From the NCBI GenBank assembly GCA_963828255.1, contig CAWHDZ010000040.1, forward strand, positions 128,001 through 192,000: DNA of 64,000 bases, in the 5' to 3' direction. The stretch comes from an uncultured delta proteobacterium (lineage in GTDB: Bacteria; Myxococcota; Myxococcia; Myxococcales; Anaeromyxobacteraceae). Numbering within the stretch: position 1 is the stretch's first letter; every line of letters begins with the position of its first letter. Below the pieces are notes generated by a model that searched no databases, was not told the origin of the DNA, and saw only the letters and a program-made list of their open reading frames with translations. Below are positions 57,923-64,000 of this stretch, piece after piece. Position numbers and translations under genes: made by a program.

Positions 57923-58774
57923 TCAGGCGAAGACGATGGTCTTGTTGCCGTGGATGAGGATGCGGTCCTCGCAGTGCCAGCGCACGGCGCGGAAGAGGAC
58001 GCGCCTTTCCAGATCCCGCCCCAGGGCGCGCAGGTCCTCCACCGCGTCGCGGTGGCTCACCCGGGCCACGTCCTGGTCGATGATGGGACCGGCGTCGAGC
58101 TCGGCGGTGACGTAGTGGGCGGTGGCCCCCACGATCTTCACCCCCCGGTCGTAGGCCTGCCGGTACGGGTCGGCCCCGGCGAAGGCCGGCAGGAAGGAGT
58201 GGTGGATGTTGATGATCCGGCCCGGGAAGCGGGCCACGAAACCGGGAGAGAGCACCTGCATGTAGCGGGCGAGGACCACCAGGTCGGCGCTCCCCTCCAG
58301 CACCTCGAGCATGCGGGCCTCGGCCCCTTCCCGGGTCTCCCGGTCGTTCGGCACGTGCAGGAAGGGGACCCCGAACGGCTCCACGGCGGAGCGCAGGTCG
58401 GGGTGGTTGGAGAGGACGATCGGGATCTCGGCGCGCAGCTCCCCGCGCCTCCAGTTCCAGAGGAGATCGACGAGCGCGTGGTCGTGGCGCGAGACCAGCA
58501 CCGCCACCCTGCGCCGCTCGGCGTGGCTGGAGAGGCGCCACTCCATGGCCATGGGGCGCCCCACCTCCGCCCCGAAGAGCTCCCCGAGCCGGGGGAGCGG
58601 CACGTCGAGCCCCCCGGTCTGGAACTCGAGGCGCATGAAGTAGGTCCCGGGCGACTCCTCGGTGGAGTGCTGGTCGAGGTCCACCACGTTGGCGCCGTGG
58701 TGGAAGAGGAAGGTCGACACCGCCGCCACGATCCCCGGGCGGTCGGCGCAGCGGATGAGGAGGACGGCGTGCAT
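57923..58774 (-). CDS. purU: Formyltetrahydrofolate deformylase
   Basis: ACT domain CADRPGIVA; LARYMQVLS, INIHHSFLPAF.GA.PY, GVKIVGATAHYVT. Confidence 0.96.
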   Translation of the reverse strand: MHAVLLIRCADRPGIVAAVSTFLFHHGANVVDLDQHSTEESPGTYFMRLEFQTGGLDVPLPRLGELFGAEVGRPMAMEWRLSSHAERRRVAVLVSRHDHALVDLLWNWRRGELRAEIPIVLSNHPDLRSAVEPFGVPFLHVPNDRETREGAEARMLEVLEGSADLVVLARYMQVLSPGFVARFPGRIINIHHSFLPAFAGADPYRQAYDRGVKIVGATAHYVTAELDAGPIIDQDVARVSHRDAVEDLRALGRDLERRVLFRAVRWHCEDRILIHGNKTIVFA

Positions 58775-58871
58775 GGCGAACTGTGTACCCCGACGCGGTC
58801 CCGAAGGGGAACCTGGGTCTCCTGGGTCGGCTTGACACTCCTCAATGGACGATTACCGGCGGCGGAGTAGG

Positions 58872-60578
58872 GTGGCTCGAGTGCGGGACGAGGAGTCGAG
58901 AGAGCAGGCGCCGGGCCAGGAGCCCGGGGGTCCGGACGCGCCGGCCTCCCGCGGCATGCCGCGCCCGCGCCACCCGCCCGATCGCGCGGCGCTCGACTCC
59001 ATCCCGTGGCGCGACCGGCTCTCCACGCAGCTGCTCGGCGTGGCGGCGGTGCTCGTGCTCTGCGCGGTGGCGGCCTTCCTGGTGGTGGAGATGGCCATCG
59101 GACGGCAGCGGCTCTCCGGCGTCGAGGCCTCCACCTCCCTGCTCAGCGAGACCATCTCGGCGTCGATCCGCCACTCCATGATGAAGGACGAGCGGGTCGA
59201 GGCCTACGCCATCATCGACAACATCGGGCGGCAGGGGCAGATCGACCACGTCCGCCTCTTCAACAAGGAAGGGCGAATCACCTTCTCCACGGTGCCGGGC
59301 GAGAGGGGCAAGCTCGTGGACAAGCGGGCCGAGGGCTGCCGCTCCTGCCACGAGGAGAACGAGAGCCTGACCGTGCCGGTGGACGCGCTCCGCTCGCGGA
59401 TCTACGAGGGGCGGCGCGGCCGCGTGCTCGCCATGATCACGCCCTTCCGCTCCGGTCCTGACTGCACCACCAGCGCCTGCCACGCCCACCCGCGCGAGCG
59501 GGCCGTGGTCGGGGTGCTCGACGTGGGGGTCTCGCTCGAGCCGGTGGACCGCGACCTCTCCGCATTCCGCCGCGTCAGCCTCCTCGTCACCGCGCTGCTG
59601 GCCCTCCTTCTCGGCGCGGTCTTCTGGTACGTCGCCAAGCACCGGGTGGTGCGGCCGGTGGAGGCGCTGGTCCAGGGCACGCGCCGCGTCGCCCAGGACG
59701 AGCTGGAGACCGAGATCCACGTGGACTCCCGTGGGGAGCTGGGGCTGCTCGCGGCCTCCTTCAACGAGATGCTCCGGTCCCTGCGGCGGGTGGAGGGCGA
59801 GCTCCAGTCGCTCAACGAGCAGCTCGAGGAGAAGGTGGTGGAGCGCACCGGCGAGCTGCGCGCCGCCCAGGACACCCTGGTGCGCACCGAGAAGCTCTCC
59901 TCCCTGGGGAAGCTCTCCGCCTCCATCGCCCACGAGATCAACAACCCGCTGGCCGGCATCCTCACCTTCGCCAAGCTCATGATCCGCACCATCGAGCACG
60001 GGCCGGTCGGGGAGGCGGAGCGGAAGACGCTGGTGAAGCAGCTGGCGCTGGTCCAGCGCGAGACCGAGCGCTGCTCGGCCATCGTCCGGAACCTGCTCGA
60101 CTTCGCACGCGAGAGGCCGCTGCAGCTGAAGGACGTGGACGTGAACCAGGTCGTGGAGGAGGTCTTCTCCCTGGTGTCGAACCAGACGGCCATCCTGGGG
60201 GTCGAGGTCACCAAGGACCTGGCCCGGGTCCCCATGGTGGAGGCCGACTTCGGGCAGCTCCGGCAGGCCTTCATCAACATCGTGATCAACGGCATCGAGG
60301 CCATGGGGAAGGGAGGGACCCTTCGCGTGACCACCCGGCCCCGCCCCGAGGAGAACGGCCTCGAGATCGTCTTCCAGGACGACGGGCCGGGCATCCCCCC
60401 CGAGCTCATGCAGAAGATCTTCGACCCGTTCTTCACCACCAAGGAGAAGGGCACCGGGCTGGGGCTCTCGGTGGTCTACGGGATCGTCGAGCGGCACAAG
60501 GGGCGCGTGACGGTGGACAGCGAGCCTGGCAAGGGTACGCGTTTCACCATCCGGCTGCCCGCCTCGCGCGGGACGTGA
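58872..60578 (+). CDS. Sensor histidine kinase with periplasmic c-type heme motifs and HAMP (start uncertain: 58845/58872/58956)
   Basis: CRSCH and CTTSACH between two TM helices; HAMP; AHEINNPL; DDGPGI, PFFTTKEKGTGLGL. Confidence 0.9.
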   Translation: MARVRDEESREQAPGQEPGGPDAPASRGMPRPRHPPDRAALDSIPWRDRLSTQLLGVAAVLVLCAVAAFLVVEMAIGRQRLSGVEASTSLLSETISASIRHSMMKDERVEAYAIIDNIGRQGQIDHVRLFNKEGRITFSTVPGERGKLVDKRAEGCRSCHEENESLTVPVDALRSRIYEGRRGRVLAMITPFRSGPDCTTSACHAHPRERAVVGVLDVGVSLEPVDRDLSAFRRVSLLVTALLALLLGAVFWYVAKHRVVRPVEALVQGTRRVAQDELETEIHVDSRGELGLLAASFNEMLRSLRRVEGELQSLNEQLEEKVVERTGELRAAQDTLVRTEKLSSLGKLSASIAHEINNPLAGILTFAKLMIRTIEHGPVGEAERKTLVKQLALVQRETERCSAIVRNLLDFARERPLQLKDVDVNQVVEEVFSLVSNQTAILGVEVTKDLARVPMVEADFGQLRQAFINIVINGIEAMGKGGTLRVTTRPRPEENGLEIVFQDDGPGIPPELMQKIFDPFFTTKEKGTGLGLSVVYGIVERHKGRVTVDSEPGKGTRFTIRLPASRGT

Positions 60579-60579
60579 C

Positions 60580-61109
60580 GTGGAGGCCATACACCTGTGG
60601 TGGATCGGAGAGAAGGACCCCGGAGCCCGGACGCTCGAGCACCTGCGGCTCCACACGGCGCGGGCCCTGGGCGCACCGGTGCGCATCTGGGAGGACGCGG
60701 CGCGCCCTCCCGACGCCTACGACGAGAAGCGCAAGCAGTGGTCCACCTCCCGCATCCTGGCCTGGATGGGCCGGATCGGGCCGCCCGGGAAGGTGCTCGC
60801 CGTGACCGACCAGGACCTCTTCATCCCCATCCTGACCTTCGTCTTCGGCGAGGCCCAGCTGGATGGCCGGTCGGCGGTGGTCTCCACGGCGCGCCTGGGG
60901 GAGCCGGGGCTGCCCGACCCGCGCGTGGCCCTGGAGCGGCTGGCCAAGGAGGGCGTCCACGAGCTCGGCCACTGCTTCGGCCTGGTCCACTGCGACAGCC
61001 CCGGGTGCGTGATGGGACGTTCGCCGAGTGCGCGCGACGTGGACCGGAAGCGCGGTGAGTTCTGCTCGAAGTGCCGTGACCGCCTGAGGCGGGCCGGGGG
61101 GGAGGCGAG

Positions 61110-61113
<4 letters not shown>
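60580..61113 (+). CDS. Archaemetzincin-family (M54) Zn metalloprotease
   Basis: DLFIPILTFVFGEA, VVSTARL, KEGVHELGHCFGLVHC...CVM...FCSKC. Confidence 0.88.
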
Positions 61114-62495
<1,382 letters not shown>

Positions 62496-62725
62496 TTCCG
62501 TCCCGGACGGGTGCCGAGAATCTTGACGGCTGGTGACTTTCTCGACGATGCGCCGTGGTCCGCGCAAACCCGCAGGATTCCGCCACGTTGCGCAGGTGTC
62601 GGCGAACCCGCCCCGTTGAGGAAATCACCGCTGCGTCCCGGGCCGTCCCGGCGTCCCTGCCGGGATCCCGGTACAACTCCCGGTGAATCCTGGGTGTTTC
62701 ACCAAAAGTCCTGACAGGCCCACCC

Positions 62726-62740
62726 TGGCCCACCCCTTGA
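62726..62740 (+). promoter_or_regulatory. Putative sigma54 -24/-12 promoter (GG-N10-GA variant)
   Basis: TGGCCCACCCCTTGA, 30 nt upstream of ATG 62770, downstream of a sigma54 activator. Confidence 0.55.
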
Positions 62741-62769
62741 AAGAGGGACGGACAGAGGATGCGAACGTC

Positions 62770-62994
62770 ATGACCTGCCCCTACCTGACCGAAGTGACGA
62801 TGGTCTTCTGCCAGGCCTCACCCCAGAAGAAGCTCATCCCGAGCGATCGCATCAGCACCGCCTCGGCCTGCGAGGGGGATGGGTTCAGCGCCTGCACCCT
62901 CTACCGCGAGGCCCTGGCCCGCGCTCTCCACACGATCGAGGAGCTCGAGACCGAGCTCCATGACGCCAACGCGAAGAAAGGGTCGCAACCATGA
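62770..62994 (+). CDS. Small 4-Cys hypothetical protein
   Basis: MTCPYL...FCQAS...ACEG...ACTLY; ATGA overlap with next gene. Confidence 0.7.
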   Translation: MTCPYLTEVTMVFCQASPQKKLIPSDRISTASACEGDGFSACTLYREALARALHTIEELETELHDANAKKGSQP

Positions 62995-63896
62995 AGCTCG
63001 GAAGACGGACGTTCCTGAAGGTCGCCGGAGCCAGCGGCACGGCGGCCCTCGTCTCCCTCCCGTCGCCTTCCCAGGCCAGGGGCCGCGTACCGGTCGCCGG
63101 CGAGGAGGAGCGCTCGGTCCTCGTGGACACCACGCTGTGCGTCGGCTGCCGGGGCTGCGAGGCCGCCTGCGCCGAGGCCAACAAGCTCCCCGACCCGCCC
63201 TCCGACGAGAAGGCCTTCGCGGCGCCGCGGACCACCGGTCCGGACAGCTTCACGGTGGTCAACCGGGCCGAGAAGGCGAACGGCGCTCCGAGGTTCGTGA
63301 AGCGCCAGTGCATGCACTGCGTGGAGCCGGCCTGCGCGTCGGCCTGCCCGGTGCGGGCGCTCGACAAGCTGCCCACCGGCCCGGTGGCCTACGACGGCAG
63401 CAAGTGCATGGGGTGCCGCTACTGCATGGTGGCCTGCCCGTTCGGCGTCCCGAAGTACGAGTACGCCAAGGCCCTCCCGGTGGTCCGCAAGTGCACCTTC
63501 TGTGCGGGGCGCCAGGCCGAAGGGAAGGAGCCGGCCTGCATCGGCGTCTGCCCGAGCGGCGCGCTCACCTACGGGACGCGCGGCAAGCTCGTCGAGGAGG
63601 CCCGGCGCCGCGTGTTCGGGAACCCCGAGAAGTACACCCAGCACATCTACGGCGAGCACGAGGCCGGCGGGACCAACTGGATGTACATCACCGACCTCTC
63701 CTTCGAGAAGCTCGGGTTCGAGGTGGCGGTCAACGACAACTCGTACCCCAAGCTGGTGAAGGGGGCGCTGGGGGTTCCGCCGGTGGTCATGACCCTCTGG
63801 CCGCCGCTCCTGATGGGGCTCTGGGCATTCTCGCACCGCAACGGCAAGGACAACGGCAAGGACAACGGCAAGGACAACGGAGGAAACCATGGATAG
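62991..63896 (+). CDS. Tat-exported 4x[4Fe-4S] protein (HybA/NrfC-like)
   Basis: RRTFLK Tat motif; CVGCRGCEAAC, CMHCVEPACASACP, CMGCRYCMVACP, CTFC...PAC...CP; C-terminal TM. Confidence 0.92.
   Translation: MKLGRRTFLKVAGASGTAALVSLPSPSQARGRVPVAGEEERSVLVDTTLCVGCRGCEAACAEANKLPDPPSDEKAFAAPRTTGPDSFTVVNRAEKANGAPRFVKRQCMHCVEPACASACPVRALDKLPTGPVAYDGSKCMGCRYCMVACPFGVPKYEYAKALPVVRKCTFCAGRQAEGKEPACIGVCPSGALTYGTRGKLVEEARRRVFGNPEKYTQHIYGEHEAGGTNWMYITDLSFEKLGFEVAVNDNSYPKLVKGALGVPPVVMTLWPPLLMGLWAFSHRNGKDNGKDNGKDNGGNHG
63839..63880. repeat. 12-bp tandem repeat (3.5 copies) encoding NGKD
   Basis: caacggcaagga x3 plus caacgg. Confidence 0.9.
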
Positions 63897-64000
63897 CCTC
63901 GCCACCGTCCCGGGCCGCAACGGCTCCTGGGTGCAGGACCGCATCCTCCTCGGCATGACCTACCGGGAGTACCTCCGGTCCCTCTGGACCCCCTTCAACG
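63889..64000 (+). CDS. Probable NrfD/HybB-like membrane subunit, 5' fragment
   Basis: GGAGG SD, MDSLATVPGRNGSWVQDRILLGMTYREYLRSLWTPFN; identity inferred from position after HybA-like gene. Confidence 0.5.
   Translation, partial: MDSLATVPGRNGSWVQDRILLGMTYREYLRSLWTPFN

Noticed and set aside
58845..58871. ATG 58845 as kinase start
   Set aside because: It lies just downstream of TTGACA (58832), within the likely promoter spacer and without an SD; GTG 58872 after GGAG is preferred, though uncertain

Overview
Very GC-rich, gene-dense bacterial chromosome segment with about 60 CDS. I saw no rRNA, tRNA or CRISPR array. Gene content (ResB/CcsA cytochrome c maturation, multiheme cytochrome, myxobacterial-type TonB receptor, GlnRS-YqeY, sigma54 system upstream of HybA/NrfD-like genes) suggests an Anaeromyxobacter-like Myxococcota organism; this is an inference. 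Most genes are housekeeping: prfC, DAHP synthase, uup, gloA, glnS, class I fumarase, leuC-leuD-cimA-leuB, pepF, csp, an EF-G paralog, thiD, aguA/aguB, ilvD, ribA, grxC, exbBD-tonB, hemF and purU. The best candidate for an undescribed system is a 1551-aa protein (35990-40645). It joins an acyl-CoA-synthetase adenylation domain, a helical repeat region, an apparent degenerate protein-kinase fold and a C-terminal GNAT domain. It is translationally coupled to a Thermus-type homocitrate synthase and divergent from an acyl-ACP thioesterase. Other notable items are: an archaemetzincin protease embedded in a heme-sensor/sigma54 two-component operon ahead of a redox complex; an HNH element with a ~295-nt leader; a 1-nt frameshift in agmatine deiminase; a 22-nt poly-C tract beside a B12-binding CarH-like regulator; and repeated near-leaderless promoter geometry. 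All calls come from reading motifs by eye; no searches were run.
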